Assembly: GCA_951406725.2 (NCBI GenBank)
Contig: OX597838.1
Location: 39,432,001 to 39,496,000 of the forward strand
Reading direction: 5' to 3'
DNA length: 64,000 nucleotides
From: Octopus vulgaris
Lineage: Eukaryota
In this document: positions 28,704 to 42,589 of the stretch, piece after piece
Position numbering within the stretch: the first letter of the stretch is position 1
Layout of the letters: every line of letters begins with the position of its first letter
The notes under the pieces: generated by a model
The model's database searches: none
The model's input: the letters and a program-made list of their open reading frames with translations, nothing else
What the model was told of the DNA's origin: nothing
Made by a program: the position numbers and the translations under genes

Positions 28704-31700
28704 ATGCTTAAATTAGGTTGTGTGAATACGCGTGGCTTGGCTTCGGCTTGGAAGCAAGGTTACCTTCTAAACGACATCAAGTCACTGGACGTGGATATAG
28801 TAGCTATCAGTGAAACCAGACTCAGTAAGCCGCGGGCCCTCGAGTCCATGTTTGGCAATCAATTTGACATTTATTTTTCTCCCTGTCTGCCGAACATGGT
28901 TGGTGGAGGTACTGCGGTGCTTTTTCGAAACAGTCTAAAGGTAAAAGTAAGAGCAATATTCCTAGACCCGGAGGGTAGGTTGGTTGTCTTGGACGTGGAT
29001 GGCAGAAATGGGTGTGCATTCCGTCTGATGGCAGTTTATGCACCGTCCTTAACGGGTCGGGCGGATTTCTTCAGACGTCTAGAGGTTTTCCTGGGTACGT
29101 CTAGACCTTTACTGTTAGTAGGGGATTGGAACGCTACCTTGGACACGCATCTAGATTATGTGGGAAGGGATAGGAATAGAAGGGGGTGTAAGAGCCTCAA
29201 AGACCTGCTCAGACGTTTCCATTTGTCTGACAGGTTCCGACTCGACCATCCGAACGTGCCAACGTGGACTTGGACAAACCGCGTCGGATCGTCGAGATCT
29301 TATCTAGATAGAATTCTATGCAGGACAGCGGATAGGGATAGTGTAGGATGTCCACAATTTAAAATAGTCAGCTACACAGATCACAAATTTGTTACGTGTA
29401 CGCTCGACTTAGATAAAACACATAGGCAGGGTCCCGGTTACTGGAAACTGAACACGTCGCTGTTAGCGCGACAGGTTTACAGGAACCGGATTAGCGAGTT
29501 AATTAAGAGGGCGCTGACGGGAGCGGTCGTTAACAACCGCTGGTGGTACGCCCTGAAAATGGCAATAAAATCGGAATCAATTAGGTTTAGCAAGGAATTA
29601 ACGATAGAACGAAATAGAGTAGAGGGAGACTTAGTTAAGAAACTAGAAGAGTCACTTACCACTGGCAGCGCAACCAAAGTGCTGGCTGCGAGGATGGCCC
29701 TCGACCAACACCTCAACGCCAAGCACGAAGGTTGCGTCGTCAGAGCTAAAATGCGTGCCTTAAGGAACGAAGGGATTGAAGCTGCGCGAGAGGCCCGGGT
29801 AGCGGAGGCGCAGCGTAGCAACAGATCAACCATTCGGTCTCTAATAGATCAACAGGGATGCAGTTTACTCGAACCCGAAAGGATGTGTGAGGCCTTTCAA
29901 CAGCACTTTGCTCGACTGTTTGGTGCGAGTGGTGGGTCGGAACGCGGGATGGATTTCAGTGCCTACCTGACCGACCTGCCGCGGCTCTCGGCAAGAGAAG
30001 CGGAGTGTTGTGAAAGTCCCATCACAGCCGCTGACGTGTGGGATGCGATGGCGGGCTGCGCGAGGGATAAGTCGCCTGGATTGGATGGTTCACCCTACGA
30101 GCTGTATTGTCGAATGCCAGACTTGTTTGGCGACCTCTTGGCATCAGTCTACTGCAACTGGCAATAAAACGGGAGAATCCCCGATTTCGTGAGCCGAGGT
30201 GCAGTGACGTTGCTGAAGAAAGACTCAAACAAGGGGAATTTTATTGATAATTTCAGGCCCATCACTTTGCACAACGCAGATTTGAAAATTTTGGCCAAAG
30301 TCATAGCCGAGAGGTTGGCGCTTGTCATTGGTAAACTGGTCGACAGGGCGCAAACATGCGCCGTGCCGGGCAGAACCATACATGACAACCTCCATCTGAT
30401 GCGCTACATTGTGGACAGGGTAGTTAAGGATCCTGGCATGGGTGGGGCGCTGATAAATTTGGATCAGTCTAAAGCCTTCGATAGGGTCGACCATCGGTAC
30501 TTGGCGGCCGTCCTCAGGGCGGCTGGCTTCGGTCCCGTCTTCCGCGGTTGGATCGCTGCCTTGTATAGCGGCATCCGATCGGTGATTCGGGTGAACGGTC
30601 ACCTGTCGAAAACCGTTTGACATCACGCGTTCGGTCCGTCAGGGGTGTCCCCTGTCGGCGCTTCTGTATGTATTGACTCTCGAGCCGCTACTGCGGATCT
30701 GGCGACACTGAGGGGCATCCCACGGGAACTGGGTTGCGGGACGAGCGTGTCGGCATATGCGGACGATGTCACCGTCATAGTGTCGAGCGGCAAACACATC
30801 AAGATGATAGGCGAGACACTAAGAAAATATGAAACGGTGACGGGAGCAAAGATTAACCGGGAAAAGTCAGTGGGTTTGCTACTCGGCACCTGGAGAAGCA
30901 AGCCCATGCCGTCCGACTGCGGCTCAGTAGTGGGACGCTGGACGGACGGACCGGTTAAATTGCTCGGGGTCTGGTTCAGTCCGGACCTCCAAATGGATAA
31001 GAACTGGGACGAGATCACGAGTAGAGTGGTCGCTCTCAGCCAAACATGGGCTGAGAGAAAGCTGTCTCTAAAAGGCCGGGCGGAGGTGGCGAACGCGTAC
31101 ATCGCATCCGTCATCGATTACCGCCTGACCGTCTTACCTTGTCCTGACGCCACCATCACCAAACTGGAACGCATACTCTTCCGCTTCCTGTGGAAGGGTG
31201 GCGTTCCGATGGTGAGGAAGTCCATTTGCTGTCAACATCCGTTGAATGGAGGACTGGGCAGGCCGTGGTTGATGATGCGCAGGCATGCGCTGAGACTGCG
31301 ACATCTCTGGAAATTCATCGACGACGGTGAACAGGTGTGGGCGCCGTTTGTGAGGCGCGACTTCCCGCAGCTCGTCTCACTGACCGAACTGCAAACGTGG
31401 ATCAAAAAGAGACCGAAACTGGGCGATTGGCACCGAGAGTGTCGCCAAGCTCTACAGTAGCTCTGCCGACCGGGGTCAAACTTGTGCAACTTACAAACGA
31501 ATAAAGCGTTCTATAGAGGACTAGTGGAGGGGAGGTCCGACGACACACTCGGGGCAAACCTGGGCGTCGACGAGGAATTCCTAACCCGCCTGTTCAGAAC
31601 GACGTTCGGGCCGGGGCCTATGGATAACTTCCAGAAATTCCTGGCTTGGCAGTGCTATCGAGACGCATTACCTGTTCGAGAGAAGAGCTACAGACACGGT

Positions 31701-32144
31701 TCGAAAACCATCACCGGACCGACCTGCCCGAGATGCGGTCAGAGCGACGAAACCGTTCTGCACGCACTCGTGCAGTGTCCAGATATTTCAGAACTGTGGT
31801 CCTTCGTCGAACAGCTGTTGTCACGTGTAGGTCAGGCTCGCCTATCGGCCGAGTCTATTGTGAATATTGTTCCACCACCTTCCTTTAAACGGGAAGGGAA
31901 AACGGTTTTCGTTACGCTGATGGCTATGGCGAAAGAATGTGTGTGGTGGACGCGTTTGAAAGGACTGCAAAGAAACACCTTCCTCTCTGGTCAGTCTCTC
32001 GTCAACTTTTTCAAGTACCACTTGAAAAGGAGGATGAGAATAGAGAGGAAGGCTTTGTCGAACGAATGTTTTAATAAAAAGTGGGTAAAAGTGGCAAAAA
32101 TGGTCAGTATGAAAGACGACACTAATTTAAGCATAAATCTATAA
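28704..32144 (+). pseudogene. ORF2 of element 3 (APE-RT-zinc finger), disrupted
   Basis: CVNTRGL, ISETRL, GDWN, TDH, YADD, CPRCGQSDETVLHALVQC. Stops at 30165-30167 and 31458-31460; frameshifts near 30615 and 30697. Confidence 0.9.
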
Positions 32145-32806
32145 CCAAAAGAGACAACGAGAAGTAAGGCGACTTACTCATGTGTTCTTTTTCGAATTGT
32201 CTAAGGTGACCTTGGTCTTTTTTGTAGGTTTTTCTTTCCAAGACTACACCTAAACTGTGAACCTTATATATATATATATATATATATTGCTTTTTTATAC
32301 ACCACACAACCCACAGATCCCTATTGATCAAACGTTTTTTTTTTTTTTTTTTGCCCCACCCATCCCACCTCGAAAAGAAAAGATTCTACATTGTATTTCG
32401 TCCATTTTTATTCTGTGTTTAGCCCTGTGTGGCTACAATAAAAAGTTATCTATCTATCTATCTATCTATCTCTTTTGATAGTATTCGTTGACAGATCGAC
32501 TCGTAAGTTAACTACTTATTTTATTGTGTTTCTCGAAAAGTTTCGTTGTAAATTTTGCACACGGAGTGTGTAAGACACCCAGCTGTCGTCTGGGTGTGTT
32601 TTTCCGGAGGGGATTATGCCCCTAGGGGCATTTTCAGCCTCAAATATATTTCACAATTTTGGCTGCAATAACTTGTTTTTTTAACATAATGTCGGCGAAG
32701 CGTTTCTAGTAAATTACGAACGCTGTTCTCTTTCTTCTCGTTTGTATCCATTATTTACGTTCCACATTGTCTATTTTTATTTTTTCTCTTGAAACCAAAA
32801 ATAATA

Positions 32807-34855
32807 ATGTCAAGAAATCTTATAGTGGAAAAATATTCTGCTATGTTTTCTGAAGAAAACTTTCCCAGTTTGCAAAATACAATCGACAAACGCGCTGACA
32901 GTAAAATGGATAATACTCAAACCACCACCACCACCACCACGTCATCCACTACCTCAACTACCAACAACAACAACAATGACAACAAGAATAACAACAATTG
33001 CGACACCTTTTCGATATCTGCTGCCTCGGCTGTCTCTTCTGCCACTGACACCACCACCAACAACAAAAACAACAACAACAACAACTCCGTTCAGACCTGT
33101 TTTACTCCAACAACAAAAACTGAAGTAAACAAACAAAAAACTGTAACCACCAAACAAATTGACAAGAGCTACCCGACTGCAGGGATAAATTATGAAAATA
33201 ATTTTCCACCCCTTCCTACTTGCACAATCGAACCAAACACACCAATTTTACAAACTGCAGCCAACAACAACATCACCACCAGCAACAACAATAACAAAAC
33301 AACAACAAATTTCGCTGAGGCGATTAAAGAAAAAAAAACAACAATATATTTTACGGCTCAACATATACAGGACACGAACATTACAATAACAGAATTAGAT
33401 AGTATAGTGAAGATAAACATACCAGAAGAAATATTGGAAGATGAAAAAAAAGAACAATTATTTATAAAATAATTAATAAGAAAACAAAAAGCCCAGAGAA
33501 GGCTACCACAAGCAAAATAGAAAAATGCTTGAAACCCATCTGGAACTACAAAGACTATGTAACCTGGTGGAACAAGTTCGCCCACATACAGGTGGTTTTC
33601 CACACCGAAGAGTTAGCTAGACGTTTCTCAACGCTAACTCTTCATTCACATGAACTCCAACTTACACCAAGCTATCGGGGACAGAAAGTGATAAGATCAC
33701 TTTAAACAATGTCCCCAAAATAGCTAATAATCTATGGCTTGTAAAGGCCTTATGTGTAAAAATGACAAATTTTACTATTCTAGAAACCACCGTCACGGAG
33801 CATAAAAACTGGGTGGGAAAAAAGTCTTCTACATATACATCAAGATGACATAAAAAAAATACCCACCCAGATATGTGTATCAGACGACCACAAGTTGTAT
33901 GTGGTTGTCGATGGCAGAAGACCACGTTGCTACATATGCGGCAGTGAGCAACACCTAAAAAAAGACTGCAAATCTGCCGCAAGAAAACAACAGCAACAAC
34001 AACAGCAGCCGGAATAAACCCCCAGATAAACCAGGTTTTCTACCCACACCACTTTTTGCAGGAACAAACCTCACCAACCAAACAACCACACCAACTGCAG
34101 CACCAAGAACAGAAGCAACATCACCAACAACAACAACCAAGAATAAACCAACTCCCAAACCAAGGACATCTGCCAAAAAGACACTCGGAGAAAAGGAAGA
34201 AACAATTACAACTCCAAATCCCCACAAAATTGAGACCCCAAACAACACAACAATACCTACAATCACTCAAACACAAAATACCCACACCCCACCTCAAAAA
34301 CCGCATACACCACAACCAAACGCTCACCAACCAACACAGTCGACAATAGACCCCAATATTTTCCCTCTTCTAGGCTCTGATTCGTCTGATTTGTCATTAG
34401 ACGAAGAAGACACGAAAGATTGGCAAATAGCCACAGGGGGGAGAAGAAAAAGGGGAAAAAAAAGAAAAGAAAACATAACATATAAAGCAGGAAGATACAC
34501 CACTCCCGAAACAAAAACATCCACAGAAAACAAACACATCAACACAAACACATCATCATCAAACGCCCCAACAATGTTGACAGCCATAAACACAAACAAC
34601 CACGACCTAATGGAACACATTAGGTTAAACACCAACATAACTGAAAACAACATAAAAACAAGTAACCACCCACACACAACACCACCACAACACATTAAAA
34701 TAATACACGTAACACAGAACACATACAGCACCCTGAAATCTCTTTACCCTGATGCAGTAGGGAGATTTCAAAAGTATTCATCGAAAAAACTGTACAAAAG
34801 CCTCATAGAAGAAGACCGTGAGGTGAAAGACAAAGGACTTTCGCACAACAAGTAA
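32807..34855 (+). pseudogene. ORF1 of element 4, frameshifted
   Basis: MSRNLIVEKY start; RRPRCYICGSEQHLKKDC coding sequence at about 33915-33970; C-terminus in track ORF 34391-34855. Confidence 0.8.
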
Positions 34856-34921
34856 CCTTTTCTCTCTCTCTTTCCTTTTTTGCACTTTCTTTTCGTGTGT
34901 AAAACACAATTTTATAGGAAC

Positions 34922-37900
34922 ATGCTCAGAATAGGCAGTATAAATGTACGTGGTTTGGGGTCGCCTTGGAAACAAGGCTACCTGTTAAATGACATCAAGT
35001 CACTAAATCTGAATATCATAGCCATCAGTGAGACCAGACTCCACAGCTTGCGGGCACTCCAGCACATTTTCGGTACACATTTCAACATTTATTTTTCTCC
35101 GTGTCTACCGAGAATGGGCGGAGGTGGCACCGCGGTGCTTATCCGGAACAGTCTGGATCACAAAGTAAGAGCAAATTTCCTAGACCCGGAGGGTAGGCTG
35201 GTCGTTTTGGATATCGATGGCAGCAATGGGTGTGCTTTTCGACTGATAGCAGTTTATGCTCCGTCCTTAACAGGCCGACCAGATTTCTTTCGACGTCTAG
35301 AGTCTTTCATGGGAACGTCTCGTCCTTTACTTTTAGTGGGGGATTGGAATGCCACCCTGGACACGCATCTAGACTACGTGGGCAGAGATAGCAATAGAAG
35401 GGGATGCAAATGCCTCAAGGACCTGCTCAGACGTTTCCAACTGTCTGACAGGTACCGACTGGACCACCAGAATGTACCAATGTGGACATGGAGTAACAGC
35501 ATCGGGTCGTCCAGATCATACTTAGATAGAGTATTCTGTAGGACAATAGATAAAAATAGTGTAGGTTGTCCACAATTTCATATAGTCAGTTACACAGATC
35601 ACAAGTTTGTGACTTGTACACTTGACTTAGATAAGACACATAGGCAGGGTCCTGGTTACTGGAAACTGAACGCGTCTTTTACAGCACGACAGGTTTACAG
35701 GGACCGGATCAGCACATTAGTTAAGAGAGCTTTGACGGGTACCATCATCAACAACAGATGGTGGTATGCCCTAAAAAAAGCAATTAAAGCAGAATCAGTC
35801 AGATACAGTAGAGCCCTAGCATTAGACCGAAATAGAATAGAGGGAGAATTAGTTAAGGTTTTAGAAGAGGCACTTAGAACTGGCATCGCGTCCAACGTGC
35901 TGGCGGCGAGATTGGCCCTCGACCAACACCTCAACGCCAAACACGAGGGATGCGTTGTCAGAGCTAGGATGCGTGCTCTGAGGAACGAAGGAGTTGGAGC
36001 CGCCCAAGAGGCCCGAGTGGTGGAGACGCAACGAGGCAACAGAGCCACCATCAAGTCTCTTATAGATGAACAGGGGCGCGAATTGCTCGAGCCTAAAAGG
36101 ATGTGTGGGGCTTTTCAACAACACTTCACCCAACAGTTTGGGACAAGTGGTGAGTCAGAACGCAGAGTGGACTTTAGTGCCTACCTGCATGCCTTGCCAC
36201 GACTCTCAGCAAAGAGAGGTGGAGTTTTGTGAAAGGCCTATCACAGCTGCGGACGTACAGGATGCGATGGTAGGCTGCGCGAGAGACAAGTCACCAGGCT
36301 TGGATGGTCTGCCCTACGAACTTTACTTTCATATGCCAGACTTGTTTGGAGGCGTCTTGGCAGCTGTCTACTGCAACTGGCAGCAGAACGGGAGTATTCC
36401 TGCTTTTGTAAAGCGAGGAGCAGTGGCACTGATTAAGAAAGACCCAAACAAGAGGGACGTCATAGATAATTTCAGGCCCATCACTCTGCTCAACGCAGAT
36501 TTGAAAATTTTGGCCAAGGTGTTAGCCGAGAGGTTGGCGCTTGTCATCAAGAAGCTAATCGACAAGGCGCAAACATGCGCCGTGCCGGGTAGAAGTATTC
36601 ATGACAACCTCCATCTGATGCGCTACATCATAGACAGGGTAGTTAAAAATCCTGGCATGGGTGGGGCGCTGATCAATTTGGATCAATCAAAAGCCTTCGA
36701 TAGGGTAGACCATCACTACTTGGAGGCTGTCCTTAAAGCGGCTGGTTTCGGTCCAGTTTTCCGCGGTTGGATCGCTGCCTTATACAGCGGCATCCGCTCA
36801 GTAGTTCGCGTAAATGGTCATCTATCCAGACATTTTAACATCATGCGTTCGGTTCGTCAGGGATGCCCCCTCTCTTCGCTGCTGTATGTACTGACTCTTG
36901 AGCCACTACTACGGAAACTGGCGAAGCTGAGGGGTATCCCACGAGAGCTGGAATGCAGGAGGAGCGTGTCTGCATACGCGGATGACGTCACCGTCATAGT
37001 GTCGAGCTACGAGCACATCGAGCTGGTCGGCGAGACACTAAAAGAATACGAAGCGGTAACGGGAGCAAAAATTAACCGGGAAAAGTCAGTGGGCTTGCGG
37101 CTCGGCACCTGGAGAAGCAAGCGCATGCCGTCCAACAGCGTCTCCATCGTGGGACGCTGGACGGACGGACCGGTTAAATTGCTCGGGGTCTGGTTCGATC
37201 CGGACCTCCAAATGGAGAAGAACTGGGGCGAGATAACGACTAGGGTGGCTACTCTCACCCAGAAATGGACTGAGAGAAAGCTATCCCTAAAAGGTCGGGC
37301 GGAGGTGGCGAACGCGTACATCGCATCCGTCATCGAGTATCGTCTGACCGTCGTGCCTTGTCCCGACCCTACCATCACCAAACTGGAACGTATACTCTTC
37401 CGCTTCTTGTGGAAGGGAAACGTTCCGATGGTTAGGCGATCCATTTGCTGTCAACACCCGCTAAATGGAGGGCTGGGCATGCCGTGGTTGATGATGCGCA
37501 GACATGCGCTGAGACTGAGAAATCTCCGGCGCTTCATAGACAACGGTGAACAGGTGTGGTCGCCTTTTGTGCGGCGCGCTTTCCCGCAGCTCGTCTCCTT
37601 GGACGAACTACAGTCATGGATAAAGCAGAGACCGAGGCTAGGCGAATGGCACCGCGAGTGTCGCGTTGCTCTCAAGCAACTCTGCCGTCCGGGATCGAAC
37701 TTGTGCGACTCCATCACAACAAAGGCATTCTATAGAGGATTAGTGGAGGGGAGGTGCGACGACGAACTCGGGCAGAGTCTGGGCGTCGACGAGGAACACC
37801 TGACCCGCCTGTTCAGGACAACTTTCGGGCCGGGACCTATGAACAATCACCAAAGATCCCTGGCCTGGCAGTGCTATCGAGAAGCATTACCTGTTCGGGA

Positions 37901-38360
37901 TAAGCTCTACAGACACGGTTCCAGACACACTGGACCGACTTGCCCGAGATGCGGTCAGAGCGACGAAACCGTTCTGCACGCACTCGTGCAATGTCCAACC
38001 ATTTTCGACCTGTGGGCTTATGCCGAACGGCTGCTGTCACGTGTGGGACGAATCCGCCTATCGGCCGAGTCTATCGTAAGTATTGCTCCGCCCCCTTCCC
38101 TCAACCGGGAAGGCAAGGCAGTTTTCATCGTACTGGTGGCCATGGTGAAAGAATGTGTGTGGTGGACCCGAGCGAAGGGATTAGAGACAAACACTTACCT
38201 CTCTGGCCAATCGCTCATCAACTTTTTCAAGTACCACTTGAAAAGGAAGGTGAGAATGGATAGGGAAGTTCTGTCTCGCGAAAGATTAAAAAAAAGATGG
38301 GTGAATGTTGCAAAGATGGTGCGTGCGAGTGACGAAACCATTTTGAGCATGACCCTGTAA
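34922..38360 (+). CDS. ORF2 of element 4 (APE-RT-zinc finger), one frameshift near 36212
   Basis: Track ORFs 34880-36232 and 36066-38360 join across a single extra base in gcaaagagag. All catalytic motifs are present. Confidence 0.9.
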
Positions 38361-38650
38361 ATCGTAAAAAGAAAGAGAGAGAGCATTTTGCTCTCATGTG
38401 GTTATTTCCTCCTGACCGAGGTTCCCGTGGTCTTTTCTGTAGGCTTTTCTTCCCACGGATGAACCCAATCTTGTTTTATCGATGTTTTCTATCAATGTTT
38501 CTGTGATACACGATGTTTTTTGCCTCCTCTCGATCTCTTTTGATCGCAATCTTACACTTATTTTCCTTTTTTCCACCCTCGAAAAGAAAAGCTCTACATT
38601 TGTATTTGTCCCCTCTGTATTCAGCCCTGTGTGGCTAATAAAAGTAAGTT

Positions 38651-38891
<241 letters not shown>

Positions 38892-39370
38892 CCACTTCCC
38901 TAGAAAATAGATTGCAGCCACTTTTGTTAGTAATGTTTTGAACTGAAATTATTGCATTGTGATTGAATAAATGCAGCACTTACATATTTTTCCTATACAC
39001 CTGATGCAACAGTTTATCTAATGACACCAAATGATGGAAAGCAATGCTATGAATACACAGGTTCGCGAATTATCCCTGCGTGAATGCTGAATAATATTGA
39101 AGACAGTTGATGGATGGGTCTTCCTCTCTCTCCTTTCGCATTTTTCCTCCATGAAACATGAGTTACGTATATTAATTGTATACTACATCAATTAATACAT
39201 AATAGTCTGACAGCTTGGCCAAGAAGTACCACCTTTGAGTGTTTAACTGCTTAAGCATGCATTTATCTATCTATTTATGTATCTATCTATCTATCTATCT
39301 ATCCATATATGTATCATGCATACATATATACATATTTATATATATACACACATCCATAGGTAAATAGGTA

Positions 39371-39424
<54 letters not shown>

Positions 39425-39505
39425 GTACATATATGTTTGTATATGTGTATATATGTATATATTTGCTTATATATGTATATGTATATACATATGTTAATAT
39501 GTGTG

Positions 39506-39537
<32 letters not shown>

Positions 39538-39730
39538 GGTATGTGTATATATATATTCGTATAATCTCTCGCATATCTATATATGACTGCATGGTAGCGG
39601 AAGAGAGCTAAACGAAAGCACTGACAGCTGACACCATCGATAGACTTGGAGAAAGGAACTTGAAGGGAGAAGATCACGTTGATAGCAACAGAAGACCTTA
39701 TATATAAGCCAAGAGAAAGAAATACGAAGT

Positions 39731-39836
39731 ATGTTGAAGCTGTTCTCAATTATTTTACTGCAATGGGCATTAACCTCTCAAGGATTTTATTTTCGGACTG
39801 AACTCGATTGGGAAGCAGAGGAAAAACCCCAAGCAG
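39731..39836 (+). CDS. Candidate signal-peptide first exon for STC-like copy B (tentative)
   Basis: [21 protein letters not shown]|[17 protein letters not shown]-g followed by cag|gttagt. Phase 1 fits the exon at 53296 (g+ct = Ala), and tatataag lies at 39701. It could instead be a dispersed repeat, since a frameshifted partial copy sits at 1-62. Confidence 0.3.
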
Positions 39837-39859
39837 GTTAGTGTATTGCAGTATGACCG

Positions 39860-39903
<44 letters not shown>

Positions 39904-39915
39904 CTTATATTTGCC

Positions 39916-39964
<49 letters not shown>

Positions 39965-40235
39965 TATATATATATATATATATATATATATAGGCACACA
40001 CACACACAGATATATATATATATATATATACATGGATATATGCATATATATAATTGAAATTTACAGAAAAACAAAAGCCGAAGATAGGTGTAGAAACAAC
40101 AAGCAAGTGTCTTAGTTTGACGCACAGGAAAGTCAGAAACTCTTTTATGTTTCGAGCATATGTTCTTCAACAGAAAAGAACGCAAGGAAATAAACAGAGA
40201 GAACAAAGGAGAGACCATAAAAAGTGAGAGAATAA

Positions 40236-40331
<96 letters not shown>

Positions 40332-40354
40332 TTATTTATTTATTTTATAGAAGC

Positions 40355-40405
40355 AGCTTCTACAGGACTAGAACTGTTTCATTCAAATGAAATCATCAGG
40401 AAGCT
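40355..40405 (-). ncRNA. Type I hammerhead ribozyme motif within an 86-bp palindrome
   Basis: Minus strand: agcttc-CTGATGA-tttcatttgaat-GAAA-cag-ttctagtc-ctg-TA-gaagct. Perfect 6-bp stem I, stem III acag/ctgt, GUA site; stem II is closed by U-U. Confidence 0.6.
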
Positions 40406-40446
40406 TCCTGATGATTTCATTTGAATGAAACAGTTCTAGTCCTGTA
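40361..40446. repeat. Perfect 86-bp palindrome centred on aag|ctt
   Basis: tacaggactagaactgtttcattcaaatgaaatcatcaggaag is immediately followed by its reverse complement. Confidence 0.95.
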
Positions 40447-40532
40447 AACTCCTTCTATAAAATAAATTAATTTACTCTGCCATGTATTGAGTACCTTATT
40501 TACTGTGGTTAACCCCGACTCAACCCGGGACC

Positions 40533-40573
<41 letters not shown>

Positions 40574-40748
40574 GTATGTACGTATGTATGTATGCATGAT
40601 AGATAGATGAATGTTTACGTAGTTATACACTTAAAACGGTACTTCTCGGCCAAGCTCTCAGATTATAACGTATTAATTGATGTAATATGCATCTATCTAT
40701 CTATCTATCTATCTATCAATCTATCTATCTATCTATATATATATATAC

Positions 40749-40834
<86 letters not shown>

Positions 40835-41236
40835 GCATATATATGTCTATGTATAATTATATATGTATATGTATATATATATGCGTGTGTGTTATCTATT
40901 ATATTATGTCATTTATTATGAAATAAATTATATTATTATATGAATATATTATTTATTTTACATCTGTTTCGCAACTGACTGACTAAGACAGTATTCTTAG
41001 CTCCACAAGTAATAAAGTTATGTACCTCCGACCAGCACTTCTGATGTGTCATCTATATTGATAAGAAATAATAGACAAGAATCTAATGGTATCTTTCTGA
41101 CCGGTCATAAGCACCGACAACATAAAAGACATACACACACACACACACACCTATATATATATAGCGTCCAATAACACTATACTTGTTCCACGTCCTCGCG
41201 TTGTTGTGTTTTCTCTTTGTGTTTTCATGTTTGGAT

Positions 41237-41322
<86 letters not shown>

Positions 41323-41548
41323 CTACCATTATGACGCGGCAACGCCGGGCGATAGTGCTAGTTTGGAATAAATTTGTTAAATTAAAAATTTGGGGTAATA
41401 AAACATAAAATGACGTTAAAAAGACGAATTAAAATTCCAGAGAAAAATACGTAGAAGAGAAATATACAAATTAACAAAAGTACATAAAAGTTCATCTTGT
41501 TAATACTTAGCTATCATTGAAGCATATTACTACCTGATATGTGTTTAT

Positions 41549-41955
41549 ACAGTAATCCTTCGACTATCTCAGGTGTTTCGTTCCAAACTCATCGCGAAAG
41601 CGGAGAATCCGCGAAGTAGAAACGTTACTGTACCGTATATTTATCATTAGTATTTTTATAATTTGTATATATTTATTTTATTATAAATGCAAAACAACAC
41701 CACACATTCGCATCCCGAGTTTCATTTTCCATAAAATATGTGCGATTTTTTGTTTACTCATCCACGGTACACTTCGGATTTTCTTTTAATATATTTTAAT
41801 TAAAGTGTTTAATTAATACAGTGCAGTATTGTACAGTATTTTCATTTATTAATTTATTAATTTTTAGGCGTGAAAATGCTTATTTTACGACACAAATAAT
41901 TTAAATCTAAAACAGAAACCTGCGCTATACTGAGGAGTCCGTGATAGGTGAACCG
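41549..41955. mobile_element. Possible pogo/Tigger-type non-autonomous DNA transposon remnant
   Basis: Starts TA-CAGTAATCCTTCG with ccgcgaa motifs and an AT-rich interior; the right end is interrupted by a SINE. Confidence 0.35.
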
Positions 41956-42369
41956 GGTTCAGTCCCACTGCGTGTCACCTTGTGCAAGTTTCTTCTACTA
42001 TAACCTCGGGCCGACCAAAGCCTTGTGAGTGTATTTGATAGACGGAAACTAAAAGAAACCCGTCGTATATATACATATGTATATATATATATATATGTAT
42101 ATATATGTATATGTAGGTGGGTAATTTAGCGGTTCCACAAAGAGACCGATAGAATACGTACTAGGCTTACAAAGAATAAGTTCGGCAGTCGCTCTGTTTG
42201 ATTAAAGGCGGTTCTCCAGCATGTCTGCGCTCAACTGAATGAAACAAATAAAAGAATATATATATATATATATACATATATTCTCATGTACTCAGTCTTT
42301 TATATATATGTACATATGAATATATATATATATATATGTATTTATAGATACGTATATGTATATGTATAT

Positions 42370-42425
<56 letters not shown>

Positions 42426-42589
42426 TAGCATTATAACCCTGCGTTGCCGGGTCATAGTGCTGGTACATGTATAATTGTGTATATATATGTGTACATATTA
42501 TATGTACATCTATATATATACATCTACACGTAAACTACAAAATACAAAGTTATATCTTGATATCGCTAGTGATAACAATACTCAAAATA

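Larger units (their letters stand above)
26565..32447 (+). mobile_element. L1/Tx1-clade non-LTR retrotransposon 3 (full length, distinct subfamily)
   Basis: Same architecture, but ORF1 and ORF2 have diverged from elements 2 and 4. 3' end tagccctgtgtggctacaataaaaagtt, then (TATC)n. Confidence 0.93.
32474..38650 (+). mobile_element. L1/Tx1-clade non-LTR retrotransposon 4 (full length)
   Basis: Distinct 5' UTR; body nearly identical to element 2. 3' end agccctgtgtggctaataaaagtaagtt, then TC/(TATC)n. Confidence 0.93.
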
